This document shows, in pieces, positions 1 to 9,669 of a stretch of DNA of 64,000 bases. Source of the stretch: Minisyncoccota bacterium (lineage in GTDB: Bacteria > Patescibacteriota > Minisyncoccia > UBA6257 > GWB1-50-10); contig JAYRXE010000037.1 of assembly GCA_041917695.1 (NCBI GenBank), forward strand, positions 370,582 through 434,581. Direction: 5' to 3'. A program made the translations under genes and the position numbers. Positions within the stretch are counted from its first letter, which is position 1. Every line of letters begins with the position of its first letter. Below the pieces are notes generated by a model. That model did not search any database. It saw nothing but the letters and a program-made list of their open reading frames with translations, and was not told the DNA's origin.

Positions 1-970
1 AGAACTTGCAATCGCATTCTGCATCAATGGGATCTTCGCTCCCGCGCCATGCGCCCGATACGTTCACCCATCCGTGGTGAGTCCACGCGCGTTCATTCCG
101 CGCGTGCCGTGTCGGGATGATGCAGTCAAAGGTATCAACGCCCTGCTCGACGCCGTCAAAGATATCCTGAATCCTGCCGATTCCCAAAAGATGGCGGGGT
201 TTCTCGGAAGGAAGGTGCGGAATGGTCCAGGCGAGGACTTGAATCATCTCGTCTCGCCCGTGTCCGAGCGATCCGCCGATGCCGAACCCGTCAAAAGGAT
301 GCGACGCGACGAAGCGCGCGCTTGCTACGCGCAAGTCTTCATACGTGCCACCCTGGACGATGCCGTAGAGCAATTGGTTCTCATTCTTACTCTGAAGGGA
401 TTTCAATTCCCAGCTGTTTGTAAGTTCGAGCGATGCTTTGGTGTAGTCTTTGTCATGCAAGGGCGACGTGCATTCGTCCAGCACAAATGCGATATCCGAA
501 CCGAGCCGGTTCTGTACCGCCATGGACTTTTCGGGCGTCAGAAATCCTTTAAAATCCTTTTCTTTGTCATTGAAAAGAATGCCTTCACGCGTTATCTCGA
601 CCATGCTTTGGCCGTGCGCATTTCGTTCCATGCCCGGGAAGGCGATCTTCCCGCCTCCGTGAGTCCGCGCAATTCCCAATGAGAGCGCCTGGAATCCCCC
701 GCTGTCGGTCATGATGCAACCGTTCCATCCCATATGCCCGTGCAATCCGGGGAAATGTTCATCTTCTCCATGCATGGGCCACAAATGGTAGGTGTTGCAA
801 ATGACCATTTGGGTTTTCGTGGATTCCAAGTCGCGCGCGGAAAGCAACTTTACCTCGCCGTAGGTGCCTACGATGACATACGCAGGGGTTTTCACCACCG
901 TCCCGTTCGGCAACGTAAGCGTGCCCGTGCGCGCCCGCGATGCGGAGTCTGTGTTTTCAATATGAAACAT
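1..970 (-). CDS. tgt: tRNA-guanine transglycosylase (queuine tRNA-ribosyltransferase), 3' end beyond window edge
   Basis: Manual translation from ATG at 970: MFHIENTDSASRARTGTLTLPNG..KTPAYVIVGT..ICNTYHL..IMTDSGGFQALSL, which are the Tgt motifs. Not in the ORF track because it is truncated. Confidence 0.92.
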   Translation of the reverse strand, partial: MFHIENTDSASRARTGTLTLPNGTVVKTPAYVIVGTYGEVKLLSARDLESTKTQMVICNTYHLWPMHGEDEHFPGLHGHMGWNGCIMTDSGGFQALSLGIARTHGGGKIAFPGMERNAHGQSMVEITREGILFNDKEKDFKGFLTPEKSMAVQNRLGSDIAFVLDECTSPLHDKDYTKASLELTNSWELKSLQSKNENQLLYGIVQGGTYEDLRVASARFVASHPFDGFGIGGSLGHGRDEMIQVLAWTIPHLPSEKPRHLLGIGRIQDIFDGVEQGVDTFDCIIPTRHARNERAWTHHGWVNVSGAWRGSEDPIDAECDCKF

Positions 971-1042
971 GGGTTCCTTTCTCTTATAAATTAGTTCAAA
1001 AAACTGAACCCTATCCTAGCGGAACCCGGCGCAAATGGCAAT

Positions 1043-1783
1043 TTATTTTTCGAACACGCGCGCATCGCGCCGATACGCGCAATAGTCGCAGGCATCCGCG
1101 GATTCCGGCACGGGGCCGTCGAGGCATTTTTTGAGTTCGATGATGGTCGGTTCCACCCAGTTGTCCTTACCCTCCGAAGGGATGACGCAGACCTCGAACT
1201 CGAGCTTGCCGTCGAAGGCGGCGCGATCGGCGCGACCCGTGCAGTAGACGAAATAGCCCGTGTCGGAAACCGTTAAACCGTTGTTGCGCAGGAGCCATTG
1301 GTAGACCTCCATTTGCCGCCGGTACTGGTCGCGGAACGATGTTTGGTCGAGGCTGCGCACCACCTCCGCTTTCGCCGTCGCCTTGTAATCGACGACCATG
1401 TATTCTTTTTTTGAATTGATCCACAAGTCGTCGATGGCGCCGAAAACAAGCAGGTTCGTCGGGCGGTGCAAAAATTGCACGCCGGTGAAGTTCGCGCGCC
1501 ATTCGTTCAAATTCGCGTGGGGGGCGGGAATGGCGTCCACGCCGTAGGCCTCCATGAGCGGATGCTTCTTTCCCTTCGCGCGGAGAACGTCGAATTCCTG
1601 CTTCAAAAGCGCGTCCACGGCGGCATTCAGCGTGAACGGGGGTCCCGACGGACGCGAAACGCCAAGCCGGCGGTCGAAATAAAAGCACCGCGGACATTCC
1701 CGGAACAGTTCAATTTTGGTACGGCTTATCTTGAACGGCGTCTCCCCGCCGGGAACATAGAGATTGCGTGCGCGCGGAGACAT
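1043..1783 (-). CDS. PD-(D/E)XK (RecB/Cas4-like) nuclease family protein
   Basis: S..CPRCFY, GAIDDLW, VVDYKAT, QMEVY motifs and C-terminal CDYC. Confidence 0.85.
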   Translation of the reverse strand: MSPRARNLYVPGGETPFKISRTKIELFRECPRCFYFDRRLGVSRPSGPPFTLNAAVDALLKQEFDVLRAKGKKHPLMEAYGVDAIPAPHANLNEWRANFTGVQFLHRPTNLLVFGAIDDLWINSKKEYMVVDYKATAKAEVVRSLDQTSFRDQYRRQMEVYQWLLRNNGLTVSDTGYFVYCTGRADRAAFDGKLEFEVCVIPSEGKDNWVEPTIIELKKCLDGPVPESADACDYCAYRRDARVFEK

Positions 1784-1786
1784 GGA

Positions 1787-2725
1787 TTACCGCTTCGGGG
1801 CGGGCTCGTAGAGGTCGGGATTGATAGCGCGGTCGAAACACACATGGCCGGCACCGTGGTCCCAGCTCTCTTCGCGGAAACCGTACGAAACCGGCTTCGC
1901 TGTCGAATTCCCAAATTGCGCCTCGGTTGAAAAGTCCGCGCAGACGGCGAATTGCAATTCCCCTTTCTTCTCATACGCATAGGCTGAGCCGGTCTCCGGG
2001 TCCGCCGGGACGACAAATCCCGCGGCGGTGTTTTCGATCATTGAAAGGTTTTCCGGCAACGTACGCGTGTTCACCCAGTAATTGACGATTTGCGACTGAA
2101 TCATCTGGAGGTCCTGTACGCGCCGCTCGTCGAATTTTTGCATCCGTCCCGTCTTCGGAGAGCCCACGGTGAGCGTTCCGGCGACCAGCGCAATGAGGAC
2201 GACGAGTGAAATGCCGTACGTCCAATACGGACGAAATGCGGACTTCTCGCCCTTTTGCTCGTGCTTCAGCTCGGTAAAGTAGTACCCGAACACGGAACCG
2301 GCCGCAAAGAAAACAGCCAAAACCTTCAGGAAGAATCGAAGCGTCGTATCGCCTTCGAGGAAGCGGTACAGGAGAGTCACGACGTCGCCTATCACGATGA
2401 GCGCCGCGGCAAAGAGCGTGAAATACACGAGCCACCGGCGAATCTTTGATTCGCGCCGTTCAGGTTCGCGGGCATATTCCCGCTTCAAAAAGCGCATCGT
2501 AAAAAGGTAGGCCGGGAAAACGACGACGAGTGTTGCAATCGCGCCGCGCATGGCGCCGTACGCGGCTTGCGCCGCATACGCATAGTCCGTCGCATCCGGC
2601 AAAACGACGTTGATGTATTGGAAAATGAGCGTCAGGAAGCTGACGGCCGAGCCGTACAGCGTCACGATGGACAAGAGGTGCAGGAAGAAATCCCGCGGAG
2701 ATGTTCGATATGTTTTGTGTTCCAT
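1787..2725 (-). CDS. DUF5671-type multi-pass membrane protein
   Basis: PRDFFLHL..IRRWLVYFTLF..FLEGDTTLRFFLK..RMQKFDERRVQDL pattern; start taken at MEHKTY. Confidence 0.75.
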   Translation of the reverse strand: MEHKTYRTSPRDFFLHLLSIVTLYGSAVSFLTLIFQYINVVLPDATDYAYAAQAAYGAMRGAIATLVVVFPAYLFTMRFLKREYAREPERRESKIRRWLVYFTLFAAALIVIGDVVTLLYRFLEGDTTLRFFLKVLAVFFAAGSVFGYYFTELKHEQKGEKSAFRPYWTYGISLVVLIALVAGTLTVGSPKTGRMQKFDERRVQDLQMIQSQIVNYWVNTRTLPENLSMIENTAAGFVVPADPETGSAYAYEKKGELQFAVCADFSTEAQFGNSTAKPVSYGFREESWDHGAGHVCFDRAINPDLYEPAPKR

Positions 2726-2729
2726 AGAT

Positions 2730-3335
2730 TTATTTTTGTGCTTTCTCAACTCCGTATTTTTCGACGAGGGTGTTTACGAAGTCCCAATTGAGAACCTTGA
2801 AAAAGGCTTCGACGTATGCCTTCCGGTTCGTTCCATGGTCCATGAAATATGCGTGCTCGTAGACGTCGAGCGCGACGAGTGGAGAGCAATTCCAGACGGC
2901 TCCGACATTTTGCGCGTCCGCACCGTAGGTGTGCAGATGCCCGTCGGACCAGTCAAAAGCGAGCACCGCCCACCCGCGTGAGGAAAGGGCCGTGGCGGTA
3001 AAATCATCCTTCCACGCGTCAAACGAGCCGAAATCCTTTTCAATCATGGTCCGTATCGCTTTTCCGCATTCCCCGGTGCCGCCGAGCAGGGCGAAATAAA
3101 GCTCGTGAAGCTTCATGCCGTTCACCGCGAAGGTTTCCTGGCGCTTCAACTCGCCTATTTCACTGTACACGCCGTTTGCGGCAGATTTGTCGGCGCCGGC
3201 GATCTTTTCCTGTATCTCATTCGTCTTTTTCACATAGCCTTCATACAGCTTTTGGTGTTCGGCGAGCGACGTGAGACTCATGCCTTCGAGGTCTTTCGAG
3301 ATGGGAAGGGGTTTGGGCGTATAAGGGGTTTTCAT
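2730..3335 (-). CDS. sod: Fe/Mn superoxide dismutase
   Basis: EHQKLYEGYV, LHELYF, FGSFDAW, ALDVYEHAYFMD motifs. Confidence 0.92.
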   Translation of the reverse strand: MKTPYTPKPLPISKDLEGMSLTSLAEHQKLYEGYVKKTNEIQEKIAGADKSAANGVYSEIGELKRQETFAVNGMKLHELYFALLGGTGECGKAIRTMIEKDFGSFDAWKDDFTATALSSRGWAVLAFDWSDGHLHTYGADAQNVGAVWNCSPLVALDVYEHAYFMDHGTNRKAYVEAFFKVLNWDFVNTLVEKYGVEKAQK

Positions 3336-3473
3336 GGCGTTTGGATAACGTTTTTGCGACCTTTTCATGATAACACAGGGAAAAGCCTTCCCTTCCCGCC
3401 CTCCCGTAATCTTCACGAGTCTTTATACGTCTTATACGGTAAAGGTCGACCAAAAACGATACGATTGCACACT

Positions 3474-4325
3474 ATGAAAAAGAAATTATTGATCGGAGGA
3501 TTGGCAGCGATAATGCTCGCCGGATCGCTTGTCGTTGTAAGCGTTGTAGGAGCTACGGAGAATTCCGTCGGTGCTGCTGACCAGAGAAAGCCGATGCGTT
3601 CGGCAATGTCCGTAGACGCGAACGGGTCGGTAACCTTGCGGGGGCAGATCGTTTCCATCCCGCCCACCGCCGGACCGCAGGAGACCCCCGTGGTCGTCGT
3701 TGCGGGCTGGTTCGGGAACTACTCCGTGAACGTGTTGAACGCGAAGATCATGGACGCCAAAGGCGATGCGCGCTCCCGCGCGGATCTCCGGATTGGCGAC
3801 TGGCTCACGGTTCGCGGAACGGCTTCTCTTACCGGGATGGCCATCACCGCCACATCGGTGAAAGACCACTCGCTTCCCGTCCCTCAGCCGACACCGCAAA
3901 AGCACGCGAAAGGCTGGGCTTCCGATATCGACTACAAAAACCGCACGTTTCTCCTTCATACCGAGAAGAATGAGACCATTCGCGTCGCCCTTGATGCGAA
4001 TGCCCAGATAGTGATTTCCGGTACCGCTCCGCAAAACGCGCCCGGATTCGACGGCTTGAAGGAAAAAGCAGCGGTTGAGGTGTGGGGATACTACGACCCG
4101 AACATCGATGCCGCCATTCCCCTCTTCCATGCGTCAAAGCTCATGATCCATTGGAACACGCCTGCTCTTTTCCCTGCGGCCGTTCAGAGCTTCTTCGCGG
4201 ACGTCCGTTCGGCGATGAAGTATGACGACGATGGAACGCGGAAGGATAGCGACAAGGATGCGCGCGTAGACTCCCGCGCAGAAGTGAAAACCGAAATAAA
4301 GACGTTCAAAACGATCAGCCGGTAA
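3474..4325 (+). CDS. Secreted protein with two DUF5666-like domains
   Basis: Signal peptide MKKKLLIGGLAAIML; repeated DLRIGDWLTVRG / GLKEKAAVEVWG motifs. Confidence 0.6.
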   Translation: MKKKLLIGGLAAIMLAGSLVVVSVVGATENSVGAADQRKPMRSAMSVDANGSVTLRGQIVSIPPTAGPQETPVVVVAGWFGNYSVNVLNAKIMDAKGDARSRADLRIGDWLTVRGTASLTGMAITATSVKDHSLPVPQPTPQKHAKGWASDIDYKNRTFLLHTEKNETIRVALDANAQIVISGTAPQNAPGFDGLKEKAAVEVWGYYDPNIDAAIPLFHASKLMIHWNTPALFPAAVQSFFADVRSAMKYDDDGTRKDSDKDARVDSRAEVKTEIKTFKTISR

Positions 4326-4335
4326 TCGCTTCCTC

Positions 4336-4361
4336 AAAACCTCCCCTCGAAGGGAGGTTTT
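4336..4361 (+). terminator. Intrinsic terminator
   Basis: AAAACCTCCC-ctcgaa-GGGAGGTTTT inverted repeat. Confidence 0.75.
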
Positions 4362-4432
4362 GTTTTATTGACAAAGTTGCAGATTAATTTTATTTTTACC
4401 CCAGCTATAAACTTTAAAAAACGAGGTGATAA

Positions 4433-5140
4433 TTGCTGAAAAAAATGTTTTTTGCGCTCCTTCTCGCGGTATGCATCTTTTCGACAGAGAAGCAGGGCTT
4501 CTCACAACAGAAATACGTGAAATTCAGGCCCGTCACGCTCACTCTGAGCGGCAACCAGGAACTCGGCGCAGAGACGCCTGACGGCGCTTCAAAAGTACAC
4601 CCCCGAAGCGTTAATTTTTTCCTGGGGTACTCCGTTTTCAAGGAAGGGAACGCCGGATTTTTCGGAACCGGCTCGTATGCGGACGGTTATTTCTTTGGAG
4701 CAGGCGGTGTGAAGACGGAATTCGATTTGACCGAAAGCCTGATTGGCGAAGAGATGGGCGATGTCATTGCCCGCGTTCTCTTTGCCGTGGGCGGCGGATT
4801 CCGAACTAAGGCGGTCGGCAAAGATAAAATAGTGTGGTTCGTGAAAGCGATTGCCAAAAATCCCAAATGGGAACTTGACGGCACGTTCTACGGAACAACT
4901 AAGAACGTCTCTTTCGTCATCCGGTGCGGCATGTATGCCTGGAAAATACTGCGCATCGGACTTGAAGCTCAAAAATACGAGCGCACGACGAGCGTTGCCG
5001 GACTGTTTGCGGAAGGCATCATTCCGCTCGATAAATATGTCGGGGCGCGCGTAGGCGCGAGCATCGGCGCGCAGGTGCAAGATCAGATGCGCTTCCACTG
5101 GGTTCCAGGAATTCACCTGGGCCTCTCAGCGCAGTTTTAA
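4433..5140 (+). CDS. Secreted hypothetical protein with beta-barrel-like sequence pattern
   Basis: TTGACA(4368)-17-TATTTT promoter, SD GAGGTGA, TTG start, signal peptide, Gly/aromatic alternating strands, C-terminal GLSAQF. Confidence 0.65.
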   Translation: MLKKMFFALLLAVCIFSTEKQGFSQQKYVKFRPVTLTLSGNQELGAETPDGASKVHPRSVNFFLGYSVFKEGNAGFFGTGSYADGYFFGAGGVKTEFDLTESLIGEEMGDVIARVLFAVGGGFRTKAVGKDKIVWFVKAIAKNPKWELDGTFYGTTKNVSFVIRCGMYAWKILRIGLEAQKYERTTSVAGLFAEGIIPLDKYVGARVGASIGAQVQDQMRFHWVPGIHLGLSAQF

Positions 5141-5164
5141 ACTCAATCCCGCTTTGCGGGATTT

Positions 5165-6127
5165 TTATTTTGCCTCCTTAATCTTGTTTAGAATCTTCCG
5201 CACCCCATTCAAGCTTTCCATATCATGGATGGAAATCGCAACGGCGCTTTTATTGATGGCCCGCAATGATTTGAGCTTTTCCCCCGCGTCTTTTTCGCCC
5301 ACCGCATCGGTCTTTGAAAGAAAGAGATATTCCGGCTTCGCCGCGAGATCTTCGCTGTAATTCTTGAGCTCGCGCCTCACTGTTTCGTAATCGCGTGCGG
5401 GATCGTCCGATTCGGCTGAAACCAAGTGGAAAATGATGCGCGTGCGCTCAATGTGCCTCAGGAATTTAATTCCCAATCCCCGCCCTTCGGACGAGCCTTC
5501 AATGAGGCCGGGAATATCCGCAAGGATAAGCTCGTAATAGGCGCCTAAGTGCGGCTCAAGCGTTGTAAAAGCGTAGTTCCCCACCTTGCTTTTTGAATTA
5601 GTGAGCTCATTTAAGAGGCTTGATTTGCCGGCGTTGGGAAGACCGACAAATCCCACGTCGGCGATAAGCTTGAGCTCAAGCCGTATGGTGGCGGATTCGC
5701 CGGGAATGCCCGGCTGCGCTTGTTTGGGCGACGTGTTTGTCGCCGACCTGAAATGAAAATTTCCCCGCCCGCCGATGCCGCCCCGCGCGAGCGGAATGCG
5801 TTCTCCTACGCGCGTCACCTCCTCCCGCGAACCCGTATCAAGATTCCACACCACGGTTCCGACCGGTACGGGAAGAACCAAATCCTCCCCGTCCGCGCCG
5901 TCCCGAAATTGGCCCCGACCGTCCTCGCCGTTTTGGGCTTTAAAATCCTTTTTATGCCGGAAGGGCAGAAGGGCGCCGAGGTCCGAAACTCCTTCTACAT
6001 ACACGCTTCCGCCCTTCCCTCCCGAAGCGCCGGAAGGCCCCAAACTCATGAGGTTCGTGTTAAAGGCGACCGCGCCTTTGCCTCCGTTCCCGGCGGAGAC
6101 TCGAATTGTGACGTCGTCTACAAGCAT
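5165..6127 (-). CDS. obgE: GTPase ObgE/CgtA
   Basis: Gly-rich Obg fold, ADVGFVGLPNAGKSS, YAFTTLEP, DIPGLIEG, FLRHIER. Confidence 0.96.
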   Translation of the reverse strand: MLVDDVTIRVSAGNGGKGAVAFNTNLMSLGPSGASGGKGGSVYVEGVSDLGALLPFRHKKDFKAQNGEDGRGQFRDGADGEDLVLPVPVGTVVWNLDTGSREEVTRVGERIPLARGGIGGRGNFHFRSATNTSPKQAQPGIPGESATIRLELKLIADVGFVGLPNAGKSSLLNELTNSKSKVGNYAFTTLEPHLGAYYELILADIPGLIEGSSEGRGLGIKFLRHIERTRIIFHLVSAESDDPARDYETVRRELKNYSEDLAAKPEYLFLSKTDAVGEKDAGEKLKSLRAINKSAVAISIHDMESLNGVRKILNKIKEAK

Positions 6128-6224
6128 AGATACGGTTCCATTAAAGCACGCGAAACGGGCGAAGGCTATCTTCGTGCATTAATCTAACGGGTATCGAATT
6201 CGACAATTTTCGCCTGACGACGCT

Positions 6225-6662
6225 TTAGTGGAAAAAAAGGTTCTTGCGCAACACTTCGAGCACGCGCCCCTGCATGCCTAAAAATCGCCCGAACATGATG
6301 CCCCCTAAAAGCGCGAAGCTCGTCGCGACAATGGAACCGTCGTGCACAAAATATTCGGTGATGCGCTGCTTGAATATCTCGAAGACGATATAGAGCGCGA
6401 TAAAAGCGATGCTCGTCGCGTCCAAATGGGCGTTCACCTGCCGGGCGTCCTTGTCCCATGAAATCGCCAGCATTCGCGAGGTGAGGGCGCCGACGCCGAC
6501 GCCAACCACGAGTCCGATGACCGGATAAAAAATGGGAACGTCATCGACGAGCACTTGGTGCACCGCATACGCGACGATGCCGAAGGCGACAAGGAAATAG
6601 ATAATAAGCCGTACCCGAAGTTTCAGGCTTACGTAGTCCGGCACCTCGATATTTTCCGGCAT
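6225..6662 (-). CDS. Hypothetical membrane protein (about 4 TM)
   Basis: Hydrophobic segments; operon-like spacing. Confidence 0.7.
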   Translation of the reverse strand: MPENIEVPDYVSLKLRVRLIIYFLVAFGIVAYAVHQVLVDDVPIFYPVIGLVVGVGVGALTSRMLAISWDKDARQVNAHLDATSIAFIALYIVFEIFKQRITEYFVHDGSIVATSFALLGGIMFGRFLGMQGRVLEVLRKNLFFH

Positions 6663-6665
6663 GGA

Positions 6666-7088
6666 TTAATGGGATTCCGCAAGGATTTCGACGCTATCGA
6701 CGCGCATCACGCCCCGGACGTCGTATATCCGCCCCAAATTCGAAGAAATGGCCTCGATCGGCACGTAGAGTCCCGTAAAACGCACGCGAGACGCTTCGCT
6801 TATCTCATCCATCGTTTCCGGAGGAACCGCGGCGAGGTCCAGAGCGAAATATATTCCCTCATCCGTACGTACGCCGAAAGCGCATTCAAGCGTATGGGGC
6901 ATGCCAGGACCTCCCCGCTGCGGCAGACAGGTCGGCACGCCTTCAATCGATTCGGTGCGATAAACACTTTCGGGAGTGACGCGCGGAGCTTGCGGCTCGA
7001 ATGCGCGAGTGGAAATAAGGTATCCGGCGCCAACCAAAAAAAGGGCGCCGAGAAGCATCGAGAAATTTTGGAAATTTTTTGTGTTCAT
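6666..7088 (-). CDS. Hypothetical membrane-anchored protein
   Basis: N-terminal TM; CLP..TLECAFG motif. Confidence 0.7.
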   Translation of the reverse strand: MNTKNFQNFSMLLGALFLVGAGYLISTRAFEPQAPRVTPESVYRTESIEGVPTCLPQRGGPGMPHTLECAFGVRTDEGIYFALDLAAVPPETMDEISEASRVRFTGLYVPIEAISSNLGRIYDVRGVMRVDSVEILAESH

Positions 7089-7094
7089 ATGGCG

Positions 7095-7559
7095 TTAGGC
7101 ACGAGCTTCCCCGATTCCTCTAATAGCCCCGTTCCCTAGCTCAAAAAGATTTCTGTGGAACGCGATAGCTTCTTCCGCAACGGCCGCGAGGGCAGAGATA
7201 TTGTTTTTGACTGCCCCGGCGCGGACAAGTTCCCAATGCACAATGGCGGCGCCTTCGAAGAACCCGGCCCATTCCAAATGTTCGGCGGCATCGTCCCATC
7301 GGTCGGCAAGATACATGTCCCGCATGGCGCGAAGCTTCTCGCCGGTCGCTTTTATCTTCGCATTGAACGGCTCCTTCGCCTCAAGCGGAACCGCCGCTTC
7401 GAGCGCCGCATATTGGTTTTCAAATCCGGCAAGAAGCTCTTTGTACGTCTCATCGCCGAAAGTAAGCCTCAAGGCATTTACGCCTTTTTCGAACGTTTCC
7501 TTGCCGACAAGGGCGAATGCCCCCACTTCACCGGATTTCTTGCCTAAAAAATCATTCAT
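7095..7559 (-). CDS. Hypothetical helical protein, possibly ferritin-like
   Basis: Start MNDFLGKK; helical with E..H spacing (EGAAIVHW, EAIAFH). Confidence 0.6.
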   Translation of the reverse strand: MNDFLGKKSGEVGAFALVGKETFEKGVNALRLTFGDETYKELLAGFENQYAALEAAVPLEAKEPFNAKIKATGEKLRAMRDMYLADRWDDAAEHLEWAGFFEGAAIVHWELVRAGAVKNNISALAAVAEEAIAFHRNLFELGNGAIRGIGEARA

Positions 7560-7649
7560 AGTGGTTATGAGTATACCATGCGTTCTCATATATTTAGCCC
7601 TCCTCCAATGGGTTCGAAGTGGTGTAAAATGGTACCACCTGAAACCCGT

Positions 7650-9056
7650 ATGAAAGCCCTTTCCGGCCATAATTTCGCCATCGTGGACGTCGAAACGACG
7701 GGCACGAACGCCGTGTACAACCGCATTATTGAAATCGGTATTGTCCGCGTGGAAGACGGAAAAGTTACCAAAACTTTCAGCTCGCTCATAAATCCCGATA
7801 CCTACCTCTCCCCTTTCATCACGGGGATTACCGGAATCACGGACACGGACCTTTTTGACGCCCCGCGGTTTGAAGATATCGCTGAGGAAATCGAAGAACT
7901 CTTAGACGGCTGTATCCTTGTCGCGCATAATGCCGCGTTCGACTATGGTTTCGTGCGACGCGAGCTTGAGCGCGCTGAACGGAGCTTCACTGGGCGGCGG
8001 CTCTGCACCGTACGCCTCTCTCGCAAACTCTTTCCCGAGCATCGTTATCACAGCCTCGATCACCTCGTTGAGCGCTTCGGGTTTACCGTAGAGCGCCGAC
8101 ACCGCGCCCTGGATGACGCGATGCTGCTCGTCGAATTTTTCAAAAAATCCGAAAAGCTTCTCGGGTCCGCCCGCGTGAAAAAAGCAATTGCCAAAATGCT
8201 GAAGTTCCCTTCCCTTCCTTCCTATATTCCCGAATCGCAAGTCGCCGGGCTTCCGGCCGCTCCCGGCGTCTACATCTTCCGGGACGAGAACGGCACCCCT
8301 CTCTACGTCGGTAAAAGCGTGTCGGTGCGCGACCGCGTACTCGGCCATTTTTCCAACGCAGCGCGTTCAGGAAGAGAACGCCACATGCTTGAAGAGACGC
8401 GAGATGTCGAATGCGTCCGTACGACCGGCGAATTCAGCGCCTTGATGCTTGAATGCCGCATGATCCAAGAGCTTCAGCCCATCTATAACGTGATGGCGAA
8501 GCGGACGAAAAAACTCCTTATCGGGGAAATTGCTGAGGGCGCCGGCGGCTATCAGACGGTCGTACTCAAGAATTTCGAGCATATTTCGGATATTGATCCT
8601 GAAAAATTCATCGGTCTTTTCCGCTCACGCAAACAATTCGAGGAGCGAATGCGAGCGCTTGCGGATGACGCGCGTCTCTGCCCCAAACTCCTCGGCCTCG
8701 AAAAGACTGCCCGCGCCTGTTTTGCCCACCAGCTAAAAAAGTGCCCTGGAGCCTGCATTGGCAAGGAAAAGCCTGAGAAATACAATCGACGCTTCGCAAA
8801 GTCGTTTGATGAATTCATGGTGCGCCGCTGGCCATATCGGGGTCCTGTCCATCTTATTGAACAGACCGCGCATGGCAGCGGCTCCTACTTTGTCGTTGAT
8901 AACTGGGTGCTTTCCGAATACGGAACCTTCGAGGACGACGCGATGGATTCAACAGAAGTTTCCGAAAAAGCCTTCAACCTAGAAACCTACAAGCTCCTTG
9001 CCACCTGCCTTACGAACCCGAAGCGTTTTCACGTACGGATAGAGTTCAAACGCTAA
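7650..9056 (+). CDS. DEDDh (DNA Pol III epsilon-like) exonuclease fused to GIY-YIG/UvrC-like endonuclease
   Basis: DVETTG, VAHNAAFD, HRALDDA; then PGVYIF..LYVGKS..RV..HF and CFAHQLKKCPGAC. Confidence 0.9.
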   Translation: MKALSGHNFAIVDVETTGTNAVYNRIIEIGIVRVEDGKVTKTFSSLINPDTYLSPFITGITGITDTDLFDAPRFEDIAEEIEELLDGCILVAHNAAFDYGFVRRELERAERSFTGRRLCTVRLSRKLFPEHRYHSLDHLVERFGFTVERRHRALDDAMLLVEFFKKSEKLLGSARVKKAIAKMLKFPSLPSYIPESQVAGLPAAPGVYIFRDENGTPLYVGKSVSVRDRVLGHFSNAARSGRERHMLEETRDVECVRTTGEFSALMLECRMIQELQPIYNVMAKRTKKLLIGEIAEGAGGYQTVVLKNFEHISDIDPEKFIGLFRSRKQFEERMRALADDARLCPKLLGLEKTARACFAHQLKKCPGACIGKEKPEKYNRRFAKSFDEFMVRRWPYRGPVHLIEQTAHGSGSYFVVDNWVLSEYGTFEDDAMDSTEVSEKAFNLETYKLLATCLTNPKRFHVRIEFKR

Positions 9057-9064
9057 ATTTATAC

Positions 9065-9628
9065 AAAATAAAAAGCCGGTTTAAGCCGGCTTATTTAAAT
9101 AATTACAGGCAGTCTCTCATCTGATTTTCGCTCGTTGCGCAGTATCGGGCGTAGCTTCACCCTGGGGCGGCTCTTCAATCCCATCCGCAATACGGAAATC
9201 CACCTAGAAAGATTCCCTCCGGGATCGCATCATTGCCTCCTGCGAGCATGTCCGAGTTACCCCACATACCTTGATTAGGATGTGATAACCTTCGACCCAG
9301 GCGATAAATTCGAGTACGACTTATCTTTAACCTGTTAGCCTGTTAAATATAATTTGTTAAAGCCTATATTCGGAAATAAAGCCCCCGCGACTCTATTCCT
9401 ATCTAAGAAGCATGTCGAGATATGCTCGAGATATGCTCGACCTCCTCTAGACATCACTGATGCATCTTCTCGGGATGAAGAGGGAAAATGGGTTTCCAAT
9501 CTTTAATCCTTTTCATCTGTCAGTAGACGGACTAGCCTCCCATTCAGAATTATCACGTAGTACAAGGCAGGGATTTAGCGCTTTCATTCATTCAGGCTTT
9601 ATGGCCAATTGCCGAACGTGAAAGTACT
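9065..9628 (-). ncRNA. Candidate large structured non-coding RNA (about 560 nt), family unidentified
   Basis: TTGACA(9664-9659)-18-TATGTT(9640-9635) promoter, terminator at 9073-9092, no ORF of 60 aa or more, many nested inverted repeats. Confidence 0.55.
9073..9092. terminator. Bidirectional intrinsic terminator
   Basis: AAGCCGG-tttaag-CCGGCTT with the stronger U-tract on the minus strand. Confidence 0.75.
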
Positions 9629-9669
9629 AAAGGCAACATACCTCCGTTGTGGCAATCATGTCAACAGAT

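Noticed and set aside
74-682. 202-aa plus-strand ORF and many other long antisense ORFs (e.g. 31202-32296, 47174-48121, 61033-61911)
   Set aside because: Shadow frames opposite clearly recognisable genes (tgt, cohesin protein, murA, typA).
1043-1783. Cas4-like nuclease suggesting CRISPR-Cas
   Set aside because: No repeat-spacer array or other cas genes seen in the window; solo PD-(D/E)XK nucleases are common.
9100-9640. RNase P, tmRNA, SRP or group II intron identity for the intergenic RNA
   Set aside because: No GAGGAAAGUCC, tRNA-like ends, SRP loop or domain V consensus found by eye on either strand; left unassigned.
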